A stretch of 61,368 nucleotides of DNA, counting the filler. It is 6 parts of 6 records of this genome, joined end to end, with 100 filler letters (N's around TTAATTAATTAA, not from the genome) between each part and the next. Parts side by side here need not be neighbours in the genome. Positions count along the whole stretch, not along the records: positions 43,373 to 54,612 come from DRR378314_806; positions 54,713 to 61,368 come from DRR378314_812; 4 more parts are not named here. The stretch is one strand, 5' to 3'. Shown here one piece after another: positions 45,051 to 55,024 of the stretch; the first letter of the stretch is position 1, and every line of letters begins with the position of its first letter. Under the pieces are notes generated by a model. It ran no database searches and was not told the DNA's origin. It saw nothing but the letters and a program-made list of their open reading frames with translations. The position numbers and the translations under genes are program-made.

Positions 45051-45262
45051 GGAAAGGATCTCGCATTATTGTGGTTGTTGTCAGTTAGCCAGTGTTGCAG
45101 CATTTCATGTCTGGTGGAAGCGCCGGAGTCTGGCTGAACAGGCCCGAAACCACTTCGGCGACTGGTCTGTCGGTGGATGGGGAGCGTAGTTCTGTATGAC
45201 TGAATCAGATGGTCAGATTTGTTGCTGGCAATGGCGCTCAGGAAATCCAAAGGGATAATTCA

Positions 45263-46339
45263 GTGAATGTTTTGATCAGGCACGTTTGCGCGGTGGTGGT
45301 TCTTCTCAGTTCCGTCGCGCTGCAGGCTCAGGAGCGTCCAGGGGTTGAGCTGGAAGAGGTGGTATCTGCCGACATCATCAGCGAGGTGACTCTGAACGGT
45401 ACGGTAAACGCCCTGCGCACCTCGGGACTGTCCACGGCAGTGGCGGGCCTTGTGGAAGACGTTCGGGTGGAAACCGGCGACCGGGTTTCCCGCGGTGACC
45501 TTTTGCTGGGCCTGGATGATGAACAGGCCGGGTATGAGCTGGCCAGCGCCCGGGCTGAGGTGGCTGAGGCGCGTACGAGGTTCCAAGAGGCGCAGCGCAG
45601 GCTGGCTGAAGCCCGTTCCGTGGGAGCAGGCAGGAACATCGCGGCGACCGAGGTCAGTGCCCGGGAGAGCGAAGTAGCGGCCCTCGAAGCGACCCTGGCC
45701 CGCCTCCAGGCAGAAGAGCGGCGTCATCAGGTCTTACTGCAGAGACACAGAATCGAGGCGCCGTTTGATGGCGTGGTCAGCCATCGGGCCAGTGACCTTG
45801 GCGAATGGGTCACCCCCGGCGATGAACTCCTGACACTGGTGGATATCACCAATCTGAGGCTGGATTTCCAAGTGCCGCAAGACTACTACCAGCGCATCGA
45901 TGATGACTCGGAACTGCTGGTGAATGTTGATGGAACGGGGCATGAGCCACTGCCAGTCACGATATCGTCTCTGGTACCGGTCAGCGATTCACGGGCCCGG
46001 ACTTTCCTGTTGAGAGCCACCGGCCCGACTTCTCTGGCTGTGCTTCCCGGCATGGCGGTGCAGGCGACTCTCCGGGTATCCACCGGTGAGCAGGGGCTGA
46101 CCGTGTCCAGAGATGCTATCAATCGTTATCCAGAGGGCCGAGTGACGGTATGGATTGCCGAGTCCGCCGGGGATGACCTGTACGAAGTGCGTGAAAAGCG
46201 GGTGGAAATCGGCGCCAGCTTCCAGAATCGGGTGGAAATCCTCAGCGGCTTGAAAGGCGAAGAGCAAGTCGTGGTGCGAGGCAACGAATCCCTTGAGGAA
46301 GGCGCCAGGGTAAAGCTGGCTGAGCGGGGCTCGGACTGA
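45263..46339 (+). CDS. RND efflux periplasmic adaptor (MFP)
   Basis: Signal sequence, V..GD.V..GD.L lipoyl half, coiled coil, IEAPFDG; GTG start inferred. Confidence 0.9.
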   Translation: MNVLIRHVCAVVVLLSSVALQAQERPGVELEEVVSADIISEVTLNGTVNALRTSGLSTAVAGLVEDVRVETGDRVSRGDLLLGLDDEQAGYELASARAEVAEARTRFQEAQRRLAEARSVGAGRNIAATEVSARESEVAALEATLARLQAEERRHQVLLQRHRIEAPFDGVVSHRASDLGEWVTPGDELLTLVDITNLRLDFQVPQDYYQRIDDDSELLVNVDGTGHEPLPVTISSLVPVSDSRARTFLLRATGPTSLAVLPGMAVQATLRVSTGEQGLTVSRDAINRYPEGRVTVWIAESAGDDLYEVREKRVEIGASFQNRVEILSGLKGEEQVVVRGNESLEEGARVKLAERGSD

Positions 46340-49300
46340 TGTTTGCCGGAGTGATCCGCCACGGCACCCTGGTGACCGTGGTCGCCCTGATTATCGCTGT
46401 GATCGGGGCAGCCGCAGCCCTTCGCATTCCCGTGCAGATGATTCCGGACCTGGAAGTGCGCACCGTCACCGTGGAAACCCGCTGGCCCGGCGCCACCCCC
46501 CAGGATATCGAGAAGGAAATCCTCATCGAGCAGGAACGCTTCCTGCGCAACGTGCCCAACCTCAGTGAAATGACCGCCACGGCCTCCAGCGGAGCGGCGG
46601 AAATCGAGCTGGAATTCCCCTTCGGTGTCGACATCACCGAGACCCTGATACAGGTCAACAACGCCCTCAGCCAGGTGTCGGACTATCCGCGCAACGTCGA
46701 TGAACCGCGGATTGTCGCGGCGTCGTTCTCTTCCAACGCGTTCATGTATTTCCGGGTGTCCACCCTGCCCGACAACCCCCGGGAACTGGACATCGACCTG
46801 ATGCGGGACTTCGTGGAGGACCGCGTGCGCCCGCGGATGGAAAGCGTTCCCGGCGTCTCCGAAGTGTCGGTGGGCGGTGGTGCCGACCGCCAGATGCAGA
46901 TCACCGTGGATGAGGCAAAACTTGCCCAGCGCGGACTGAGCCTGCTGGACCTGCGGGACGCCATCACCAGCCGCAACCAGGACGTCTCCGGTGGTGAAGT
47001 GGATGCTGGCAAGCGCCGTTACCTGCTGCGCACCGTGGGGCGGTTCCGGGATCTGGATGAACTGCGCAATCTGGTGGTTTCACGCACCGGCGACAGCGTG
47101 GTGCGCCTGTCCGAGGTAGCGAGCGTCCGCCAGGACCACGCCCGCATCCGCGAACTGTCCTACATCAACGGCCAGCGTGTGCTGGGTCTGCAGGTGCGGC
47201 GTGAAAGTGGCTCCAATGTTATCGACATCAAGCGGGCGATGCTGGAGCAGGTGGACATCATCAACCGGGACGTGTTGAACCCGGCGGGTATGCGGCTGGC
47301 GCTCACCGCTGATGATGCGCGATATGTGGAAGCCTCTGTTGCCAATGTCTGGACCAACCTCGGTATCGGTGCGGTGTTCGCCACTCTGGTGATGTTTCTG
47401 TTCCTGAGATCGTCCCGGGCCACGTTCGTAGGGGTGGTGGGCATTCCCCTATGTGCCATTGCGGCCTTCCTGGGGCTGATGATAACGGGCCGTACCATCA
47501 ACGTGATCTCCCTGGCCGGCGTCGCGTTTGCTATCGGCATGACCGTGGACAACAGCATTGTGGTGCTTGAGAACATCGAGCGACACCGGCGCCTGGGGCT
47601 GGACCGGTTCGAGTCGGCGCTCAAGGGTGTGCAGGAAGTCTGGCCCGCCGTGCTGGCATCCACCATGACCACCATGCTGGTGTTCCTGCCGATCCTGTTT
47701 ATCGAGGAAGAAGCCGGGCAGCTGTATTCCGATGTGGCGATTGCCATCTCGGCGGCCATTTTCGCGTCCATGCTGGTGGCGGTCACCCTGATTCCGACCT
47801 TCAGCGCGCGGCTGGATTTCGGATCCCGCAAGGGCACTATCGACCAGTACGGCAATACCGTGTCACCGGGCTGGGCCAGCAGGGTGGTGGCAGCCGTGCG
47901 CTGGATGGTCAGCGGCTCGATCCGGCGGCTGGTGGTCATCATCGGTACCGTTGCCTTGAGTGGCTGGATTATCGTATTCCTCACGCCCCCGGCCGAATAC
48001 CTCCCGGAAGGTGAGGAGCCGAAAACCTTCGCCTCCATGAACGCCCCGCCGGGTTACAACCTGGCGGAGATGGAAAGCATCGCCAAACAGGTGGAAGATC
48101 ATTTCCTGCCCCATGTGCAGGCGGACCCGGAAGCCTACGAAACCGGAGAAACCCCGATTCCACCCCTGGCCTACCTGAACATGCAGGTTAGCCCCACCAA
48201 CGTGCGGATTATCGCGGAGACGGTCAACGCCCGGCATATTGAAGTGCTGATGGAGCAGATCACCGGTTTCTATGAACAGTTCCCGGGTATGCGGGCTTTC
48301 GCCGCCAAGGGCTCGATCATTTCCAGCAACGACGGTGGTACCCGCAGCATCAACCTGGACATCTCCGGGCGGGACCTGGTGTCCATCTACAAGGTGGCCA
48401 ACACGGCCTACGACCGTGCCCAGGACATTTTCGACAACCCCCGCATACAGACCCAACCGTCCACATTGTCACTGGCCCAGCCGCTGATCCAGGTACAGCC
48501 GGACTGGGACCGAGCAGCGGAACTGGGCCTCAGTACCGAGGCCATTGGCTTTACCGTGGCGTCGCTGACCGAAGGCTCCTATGTGGATGATTTCTTCCTG
48601 GGCGACGACAAGATCGACATCTACCTCTATGGCAGCGAGGGCCGGAACACCGGCCTGGATGAGTTGCCGGACGTGATGGTACACACGCCCCAGGGCGCTA
48701 CCCTGCCACTGTCGAGCCTGGCGACCATTGATGAAACCGTGGACACCAGCACGGTACGCCGGCTGGATGGCCGCCGCACCGTCACCCTAAACGTCATTCC
48801 ACCAGACGATGTGCCGCTGGAAGCCGGGGTTGAGCGCGTGCGTACGGAACTGCTGGGTGCCATGCGCGACAGCGGCGAGTTGCCCACGGATGTTTCCATC
48901 AACATCTCTGGCGCCAGCGACCAGCTAAACGCCACCCGCGATGCCCTCACGGGTAATTTCATGATTGCGGTGGTGATCGTGTACCTGTTGCTGGTGGCGA
49001 TCTTCGCCCACTGGGGCTTCCCGCTACTGATCCTGACGGCGATTCCGTTGGGCGTTGCTGGCGGCATCGTGGGCCTGGCGCTGATGAACCTGGTGGGCGG
49101 ACTGCTGCCAAAAATCGGCCTTCTACCCCTGAGCCAGCCCTTCGACATGATTACCATGCTGGGCTTCCTGATACTGATGGGCACGGTGGTGAACAACCCG
49201 ATCCTGGTGGTGGAGCAGGCACGACAGAACCTGCGGCACCGGGATGTCTCGGTGGTGGATGCGGTCATTGGCGCGGTGGAAACCCGCTTGAGGCCGATCG

Positions 49301-49521
49301 CCATGACCACCCTGACGACCATTTGTGGTCTGTCGCCGCTGGTGTTCATACCCGGTGAAGGTACCGAGCTTTATCGAGGGGTGGGCGCTATCGTGTTGTT
49401 TGGACTGGCCGGTGCGGCTACAGTGACGGTGACATTCCTGCCGGCGTTGACTATTTTTGTACTGAGTTGGGGGAATCATGACTCCCATAAGAATTTGGCG
49501 CACTCTCGCACGTCTGTCTAA
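46339..49521 (+). CDS. RND efflux permease (AcrB/D/F family)
   Basis: 1060 aa; PGATP.DIE, GMTVDNSIVVLENI, GTVVNNPIL, RLRPIAMT; TGATG overlap with the adaptor. Confidence 0.95.
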   Translation: MFAGVIRHGTLVTVVALIIAVIGAAAALRIPVQMIPDLEVRTVTVETRWPGATPQDIEKEILIEQERFLRNVPNLSEMTATASSGAAEIELEFPFGVDITETLIQVNNALSQVSDYPRNVDEPRIVAASFSSNAFMYFRVSTLPDNPRELDIDLMRDFVEDRVRPRMESVPGVSEVSVGGGADRQMQITVDEAKLAQRGLSLLDLRDAITSRNQDVSGGEVDAGKRRYLLRTVGRFRDLDELRNLVVSRTGDSVVRLSEVASVRQDHARIRELSYINGQRVLGLQVRRESGSNVIDIKRAMLEQVDIINRDVLNPAGMRLALTADDARYVEASVANVWTNLGIGAVFATLVMFLFLRSSRATFVGVVGIPLCAIAAFLGLMITGRTINVISLAGVAFAIGMTVDNSIVVLENIERHRRLGLDRFESALKGVQEVWPAVLASTMTTMLVFLPILFIEEEAGQLYSDVAIAISAAIFASMLVAVTLIPTFSARLDFGSRKGTIDQYGNTVSPGWASRVVAAVRWMVSGSIRRLVVIIGTVALSGWIIVFLTPPAEYLPEGEEPKTFASMNAPPGYNLAEMESIAKQVEDHFLPHVQADPEAYETGETPIPPLAYLNMQVSPTNVRIIAETVNARHIEVLMEQITGFYEQFPGMRAFAAKGSIISSNDGGTRSINLDISGRDLVSIYKVANTAYDRAQDIFDNPRIQTQPSTLSLAQPLIQVQPDWDRAAELGLSTEAIGFTVASLTEGSYVDDFFLGDDKIDIYLYGSEGRNTGLDELPDVMVHTPQGATLPLSSLATIDETVDTSTVRRLDGRRTVTLNVIPPDDVPLEAGVERVRTELLGAMRDSGELPTDVSINISGASDQLNATRDALTGNFMIAVVIVYLLLVAIFAHWGFPLLILTAIPLGVAGGIVGLALMNLVGGLLPKIGLLPLSQPFDMITMLGFLILMGTVVNNPILVVEQARQNLRHRDVSVVDAVIGAVETRLRPIAMTTLTTICGLSPLVFIPGEGTELYRGVGAIVLFGLAGAATVTVTFLPALTIFVLSWGNHDSHKNLAHSRTSV

Positions 49522-49663
49522 GCTTGCCAGACAGGGCTGGTGAACGTTGTCTTGAGACGGAAGCGAGGCAAAGTCAGAACAGGACACAATCAGGCCCCTG
49601 TTAAATAGAGCATACACTTGAAACCGGGAGCTATTCCCGGTCTCCACTACGGCTGAACATGCT

Positions 49664-50614
49664 GTGACACGGGATGAACAGTGGTTCGTTGCCCCCACCC
49701 GTCGAATCGAGGATCTGCGGGATGCGGTCAAGGATGCAGGCCTCCGAGCACTGCAGATGGGGAATGGTCCGCTTGACGGTAGCCTTGCGTTTACGGATAG
49801 GGAGGAGATCTCCTTCACCAGTGGACGTATTGGATCCAAAGTTTCCCTCTCCGGGCCCCTCTCCGAGGATCGGCTTACCTTTGGTCTGGGCCTGCGAGTG
49901 GTTGATGGCACCTGGCACTGGTACGAGGAACGTCCCACCGGCAGTCTCGGCCTGTTTCACCCGGGGGATGAACACGATGCCCTCTACATGCCTGGTACAC
50001 TCTATGTGACCGCAAGCCTTGATATGGAAAGGCTCACACACCTCGCGGAACGACAGGAAGTCATTATCGACCAGAAAACCCTGGGTGGTACCGGCTTTCG
50101 GGAAGATACCGTGGATCGCAGGTTGATTGAGCGTATGGCTCTGGCGATGGACTGCATTCATGCAGGTCAGTTTTCGAGCGGTGAGCGGCTCTGTGACCAG
50201 ATGATGCATATTGTTATCCAGGAGTATTCGCGACCACCTGTATCGAGCACAGGCAAAAGGCGTTGCAACCAATATGGTCTGGTGGTGTCTCGTGCCAGAA
50301 ACTACGTGCAATCGGCGCTGGACAGGCCCATGTCCATTGATGAGCTGGCACATGCGGCACGAACCACCCCACGGACCGTTCATCGTGCGTTCCAGGCGGT
50401 GCTGGCGGAAACTCCGTTACATTACATCCAACGTCTCCGACTGCATCGCATTCGTCAGGACCTTGTCAGTGAGCCGGAGGCGCGCTGCACCATTGCCCTG
50501 TTGGCGGCCCGTTGGGGCATGAGGGAGGCTGGCCGCTTTTCAGCTCTGTACCGCGAACTGTTTGGTGAACTCCCCTCCTCAACCCGGAATGCTCTACGGC
50601 AAATCGGCCGTTAA
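49664..50614 (+). CDS. AraC-family regulator (EutR-like)
   Basis: C-terminal IDELA...RTVHRAF...TPLHYI...RLHRIR...ARWG...GRFSALYRELFGELPS. Confidence 0.88.
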   Translation: MTRDEQWFVAPTRRIEDLRDAVKDAGLRALQMGNGPLDGSLAFTDREEISFTSGRIGSKVSLSGPLSEDRLTFGLGLRVVDGTWHWYEERPTGSLGLFHPGDEHDALYMPGTLYVTASLDMERLTHLAERQEVIIDQKTLGGTGFREDTVDRRLIERMALAMDCIHAGQFSSGERLCDQMMHIVIQEYSRPPVSSTGKRRCNQYGLVVSRARNYVQSALDRPMSIDELAHAARTTPRTVHRAFQAVLAETPLHYIQRLRLHRIRQDLVSEPEARCTIALLAARWGMREAGRFSALYRELFGELPSSTRNALRQIGR

Positions 50615-50813
50615 ACGCCCTGAAAGTGTCATAACAATTGTCAGTATCTGCATAGAAATCAGTCTCGACTGTACTACTCTTTTTCATAGACTGCCGGAAC
50701 ACGGGCACCATGGTCGTTGTCGCAGTGGTGCTGTAAAGATAGTAGTCGTATGCCCGCCATAACCCAGTCGCCAGAACGCCCTTGAGTCGATTTTTCATTG
50801 GAAGGAAAGCGAT

Positions 50814-52310
50814 ATGATCAAGCTTCATGCCCTCTGGGTCTCAACGACACTGCTGTGCGGCAGCGTATTTCAGCCCGCTGCGGCGGAAGAAACAGTACCG
50901 ATGGCCGATGCCTCTCTGACAGGTGATGAGGTGATTGCTACTCCGATCGGAGATATCACCCTTGTTGACAGCTATTTTGACGAGCAGGCATCACAGCGGT
51001 TGTTCGACGAAATGGACTACCAAAGAGCATCGCAGCTCTACATCTGGAGCACCCCCCTCGTCAGTACGGCGGCCTGGCGGGATAGCCAGGGCGAGGCCTA
51101 CGGGGTCGAGAGCCCCACGGACTTCGTCGTGCTGGAGTCGCTCAAGGAGAAGCGCGGTATTGTCACTGGCAACCTGACGACTCCCTATATTTTCAATTTC
51201 ACCGACCTGTCTGATGGCCCGATCCAGATCGATCTTCCGGCCGGCCAGACTGCAGGTGGCGTACTCGACTTCTGGATGCGACCGGTGACAGATATGGGCC
51301 TGACGGGGCCTGATCAGGGTGAGGGTGGCACCTACATTATCGTTGGTCCCGAGGAAGACCCTGCTCAGTACCAGACGGATAATGTGGACGTCTTCCAGAG
51401 CGCCACTAACAATGTTCTCGTTGGATTGCGCCTGATTGATCCCGATCCTGCCTATTACGACACTTTTACCTCCGAGTTTAAAATGGGTCCCATTGACGAT
51501 GTTTCCACAAGCCGGTTCATTCGGGGAAAGGATGTGGAATGGAGTGCAACCGCTCCTCGTGGGCTCGATTATTGGCGCAAGCTCTCCGACATCGTTAACG
51601 AAGAGCCGGTCCGTGAAATCGACAAGCCCTGGATGGCCATGCTGGAGCCGCTGGGTATCGCAAAAGGTGAGGAATTCTCACCCACTGACCGTCAGCAAGA
51701 GATCCTGAAGAAAGGTGTGGTCATGGGGGAATTGATGGCCAGAAATCTTCAGGTCAACCCGCGATATGTAGAGCCATACTGGGACGGAACTTCCTGGTAC
51801 AAAAGTTTCGACTTTCAGATTGCCCAGGAAACCGACACCATTCAGCAGATTGATCAGCGTGTCACCTGGTTCTACGAGGCCGTGGGTTCAACCAAGGGCA
51901 TGGTGGAGCCCACGCCCGGCAAGGGCCAGGTCTACATGACAACCAAGCGCGACGCCAACGGGGACATGCTAAGGGCAGACAGGAATTACAAACTGCATGT
52001 ACCCCCGAATGTTCCTGTTGCGCAGTTCTGGTCAGTCACTCTCTACAGCGAGTCTACGCGACGACCCTACGACAATGGCGGCACTGAACTGTCCGATGTC
52101 AGCCTGGGCAACCGTACCGACGGTCTGCAGGAAAATGACGATGGTAGTGTCGATCTTTATATCGGCCCGGATGCACCAGAGGGTATGGAAAGCAACCACC
52201 TCAAAACCGTCGGTGATGATGGCTGGTTCGTCTACTTCAGGCTTTACGCACCGGAGCAGGCATATTTTGACAAGAGCTTCAAGCTCGCTGACTTCCAGGT
52301 GGTGGAGTAG
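50814..52310 (+). CDS. Secreted DUF1254/DUF1214 protein
   Basis: Signal peptide; TGNLTTPY, GPDQGEGGTY, FWSVTLY, NDDGSVDLYIGP, GWFVYFRLYAP. Confidence 0.9.
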   Translation: MIKLHALWVSTTLLCGSVFQPAAAEETVPMADASLTGDEVIATPIGDITLVDSYFDEQASQRLFDEMDYQRASQLYIWSTPLVSTAAWRDSQGEAYGVESPTDFVVLESLKEKRGIVTGNLTTPYIFNFTDLSDGPIQIDLPAGQTAGGVLDFWMRPVTDMGLTGPDQGEGGTYIIVGPEEDPAQYQTDNVDVFQSATNNVLVGLRLIDPDPAYYDTFTSEFKMGPIDDVSTSRFIRGKDVEWSATAPRGLDYWRKLSDIVNEEPVREIDKPWMAMLEPLGIAKGEEFSPTDRQQEILKKGVVMGELMARNLQVNPRYVEPYWDGTSWYKSFDFQIAQETDTIQQIDQRVTWFYEAVGSTKGMVEPTPGKGQVYMTTKRDANGDMLRADRNYKLHVPPNVPVAQFWSVTLYSESTRRPYDNGGTELSDVSLGNRTDGLQENDDGSVDLYIGPDAPEGMESNHLKTVGDDGWFVYFRLYAPEQAYFDKSFKLADFQVVE

Positions 52311-52404
52311 AGCCCGGTCAGGACAGCCTATTTATACCCCATCGTAAATGCGTACCGGAGATGTGCTGTTTCGCTTCGGTATGCAATTGAATCTGGAGAC
52401 TTTC

Positions 52405-53985
52405 ATGTCATTTCCCCTGTGTTGTATACCCCGGGTGATTGGCTCGGGTATCGTCAGTGCCACCTTATTGGTCAGTCTTGGATCTTTTTCATCCCCGACC
52501 TTCGCCGATGTTGCCGACCTGGAACGCTATCAGAAACTGGCCGAGATGCCTTTTGAGAACGACTACCCCACGGAGCAGGCGTTACAAGCATTGGAGGACG
52601 AGTTGTACTTCCAGCGCGCGGTTCAGGTCTATCTTTGGGCATTACCTGCCATGAACATGTATGCCATGAAAGAGGGCGCAGCCGAGAACTACGGCGAGGG
52701 CTACCATGTCATGAGCATCTGGAAAGAACGTCTTGATGCCAGCACGCTAATCACCACGCCGAACTCTGACGTGATATATGGAGTGGGGTTTCTCGACCTG
52801 GCCAAGGACGGGCCTATGGTCATTGATGCCCCGCCAAAACTACAGGCATTGATCGACGATTTCTGGCATCGGCCCATTGAAGGCCCGACCATTGACGGAC
52901 GAACGTACTATGCGGACATCGGCCTTCCAGGTCCCGATAAGGGAAAAGGAGGCAAATATCTGGTGCTGCCGCCCGACTACGATGGCAGCGTGCCGGAAGA
53001 CGACTACTATGTGTACCGCAGCAGAACCAACGGGGTTTTTGTATTCCTGCGCAGTTTCTTCGACGATCCGGATAACCTCAAGCCTGCCGTAGACAATATG
53101 CAGGGTATTCGTATCTATCCGTTTGGGAAGCAAGACAGCGCCAGTAAGATGCAATTCCCAGACGTATCGGGGCAGCCAGCGGACCTTTTGCCTCCCATGG
53201 ACGGTGGATATTTCGAGTTGCTTGATCGTTTCATACAGAACGAGGTGTCAGACTATCCTGACACTAAGTATGTGCGCGGCATGATGGCGGAAATTGGAAT
53301 TGCCAAAGGGCAGGAATTTTCGCCAACCGATCGACAGGAACAGCTTCTGGACTACGCCGCCAAGACGGCTTTCAAGATGTCGAAGGTCGTCTCGTTCGAC
53401 GAGTTCCCGGAGAAAACCAAAGCCAAGTGGTATGACGACCGGCAATGGTGGGGGCATATTCGGGACGGTGGAGATGATTTCTTCACTGCGCTGGTCAATT
53501 TCGACTTTGAGAGAGTGGGTGGCAACTATATCGATGTGGACTCCCAGATCCACATGTACACCAACTATTACTCGATGAGCCCCGGCATGGGGACTGCGAT
53601 TCCAGGCGTTGGTGCGAAGTACCTGGTGGGCGGCAAGGACGCGGATGGGGATTTCCTGAGTGGTGATCAGAATTACGAGTTGACCTTGCCGCCCAATGTT
53701 CCGGCCAACCTGTTCTGGTCTGTCACTGCCTATGATCCGATCACGGCCTCCGGGCTCGACAACGGTCAACCCTTTCCCTCAATCAACTCGAAGGATGACA
53801 TCCAGACGAACGACGACGGTTCTGTCACCCTTTATTTTGGCCCCCAAGCGCCGGAGGGCGAAGAGAGCAATTGGATAGCAACCATTCCGGGCAAGGGTTG
53901 GTTTTCGCTCTTACGTCTTTATGGGCCTGAAAAGCCGTTCTTTGACAAGTCGTGGGTGCCCGGTGACTTCGAGAAGGTCGAGTAA
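52405..53985 (+). CDS. Second secreted DUF1254/DUF1214 protein
   Basis: RAVQVYLWALP, TPNSDVIY, GPDKGKGGKY, FWSVTAYD, NDDGSVTLYFGP, GWFSLLRLYGP; ATG after GGAG. Confidence 0.9.
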   Translation: MSFPLCCIPRVIGSGIVSATLLVSLGSFSSPTFADVADLERYQKLAEMPFENDYPTEQALQALEDELYFQRAVQVYLWALPAMNMYAMKEGAAENYGEGYHVMSIWKERLDASTLITTPNSDVIYGVGFLDLAKDGPMVIDAPPKLQALIDDFWHRPIEGPTIDGRTYYADIGLPGPDKGKGGKYLVLPPDYDGSVPEDDYYVYRSRTNGVFVFLRSFFDDPDNLKPAVDNMQGIRIYPFGKQDSASKMQFPDVSGQPADLLPPMDGGYFELLDRFIQNEVSDYPDTKYVRGMMAEIGIAKGQEFSPTDRQEQLLDYAAKTAFKMSKVVSFDEFPEKTKAKWYDDRQWWGHIRDGGDDFFTALVNFDFERVGGNYIDVDSQIHMYTNYYSMSPGMGTAIPGVGAKYLVGGKDADGDFLSGDQNYELTLPPNVPANLFWSVTAYDPITASGLDNGQPFPSINSKDDIQTNDDGSVTLYFGPQAPEGEESNWIATIPGKGWFSLLRLYGPEKPFFDKSWVPGDFEKVE

Positions 53986-54070
53986 TAAACCGAGTCGGTC
54001 GTAAGATTCCGCCCCGACAACGGAGAACAGAAAAGTCGTATTCATGGACCCAGACGATCCGTGGCCGCGT

Positions 54071-54439
54071 TCAGGCGGCTGCGGTTTCAGAAACCTTGTC
54101 CGGGATTTCTACACGGACACGATCGCCGTCCAGAAGGACCTGGTAGGTCTTAACCTGCACGCCCTCATCTTCCAGGCACTGACCGGTCAGCAGGTTGAAG
54201 TGTTGCTTATACAACGGCGAAGCCACCACCGGCTGCCCTTTCAGATCCCCGGTAATACCCCGCGCCAGCACGTTCTTACCGGTAAACGGATCGGTGTGGC
54301 TGATCGCAAACAAAGCCGGCAACCGATGCGGCAGATAAAACACCGCCACCGGCCCGTCTTCCGTCCAGACCGCAACGCCGGACTCCGGCACAAGGTCATC
54401 AACGGTACAAACAACGTCCCAGGAAGTGCGTGCTTTCAT
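54071..54439 (-). CDS. nirD: Nitrite reductase small subunit
   Basis: DPFTGKNVLARGITGD, VASPLYKQHFNL.TGQCLED. Confidence 0.92.
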   Translation of the reverse strand: MKARTSWDVVCTVDDLVPESGVAVWTEDGPVAVFYLPHRLPALFAISHTDPFTGKNVLARGITGDLKGQPVVASPLYKQHFNLLTGQCLEDEGVQVKTYQVLLDGDRVRVEIPDKVSETAAA

Positions 54440-54553
54440 AACATTCTCCAATTTCATGTCGTTTACAGCGCGCCCATTCACAATTCAATAGTTCTGAGTA
54501 AAAGTGATGCGTCGCCCTGTTTGCTTATAAAAAGCGTTAACTCGTGCCTGGAT

Positions 54554-54612
54554 GAGCGTGGGGGCCGATATTTTTCCCGCCAGGAAAAAGGTGTCTGAGC
54601 GCAGCGAGTTCT
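54554..54612. repeat. REP-like intergenic element at the contig end
   Basis: Internal hairpin TTTTTCC-cgcca-GGAAAAA and GTGTCTGAGCGCAGCGAGTT, resembling Marinobacter intergenic repeats as I recall them; the assembly breaks inside it. Confidence 0.55.
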
Positions 54613-54712
54613 NNNNNNNNNNNNNNNNNNNNNNNNNNNNNNNNNNNNNNNNNNNNTTAATTAATTAANNNNNNNNNNNNNNNNNNNNNNNNNNNNNNNN
54701 NNNNNNNNNNNN
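54613..54712. other. Artificial contig linker
   Basis: N44-TTAATTAATTAA-N44. Confidence 0.99.
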
Positions 54713-54713
54713 T

Positions 54714-54860
54714 TATTTCGACGACCTGTCGATGCATCTGGTCTATGAAATCTACAAACAGGATTTTGAACTGTTCAAATACGATTTCGAGAACCCGGCG
54801 AACAAAATGCCAATTGCTGAGATCGATCTGAACGAAATCCACGCAAAACTGGGTGATTGA
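54714..54860 (+). CDS. C-terminal fragment, probably a sulfotransferase family 2 protein
   Basis: YFDDLSMHLVYEIYKQDFELFKYDF...HAKLGD*; YxxDFxxFxY is typical of that family's C-terminus. Confidence 0.6.
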   Translation, partial: YFDDLSMHLVYEIYKQDFELFKYDFENPANKMPIAEIDLNEIHAKLGD

Positions 54861-54917
54861 AGCCCAACCAGAAGCTCCCGCCCATCTTCAACGTCTCTGA
54901 CGAGACGCCTCCTCTGG

Positions 54918-55012
54918 TTGGGCCCGGCGCTGCGCAAAGCGTGGCGCCGGGCCCAAGTCCGCAAGGGGGTATTGGCGAAGCCGATGGCCCGCGCGGGCGC
55001 GGGAGAACTCCC
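54918..55012. repeat. GC-rich REP/MITE-like palindromic element between convergent genes
   Basis: TTGGGCCCGGCGC...GCGCCGGGCCCAA stem (54918-54956), then GGCGAAGCC and GCCCGCGCGGGC mini-palindromes. Confidence 0.6.
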
Positions 55013-55024
55013 CAATAGGCAGGA

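Noticed and set aside
47160-50383. Long antisense ORFs (292, 240, 271 and 250 aa) over the RND and AraC genes
   Set aside because: Typical opposite-strand shadows of high-GC coding sequence.
8732-54668. Recurring TTAATTAATTAA as a biological repeat or CRISPR-like array
   Set aside because: Always embedded in N-runs of fixed length, so it is an assembly spacer.
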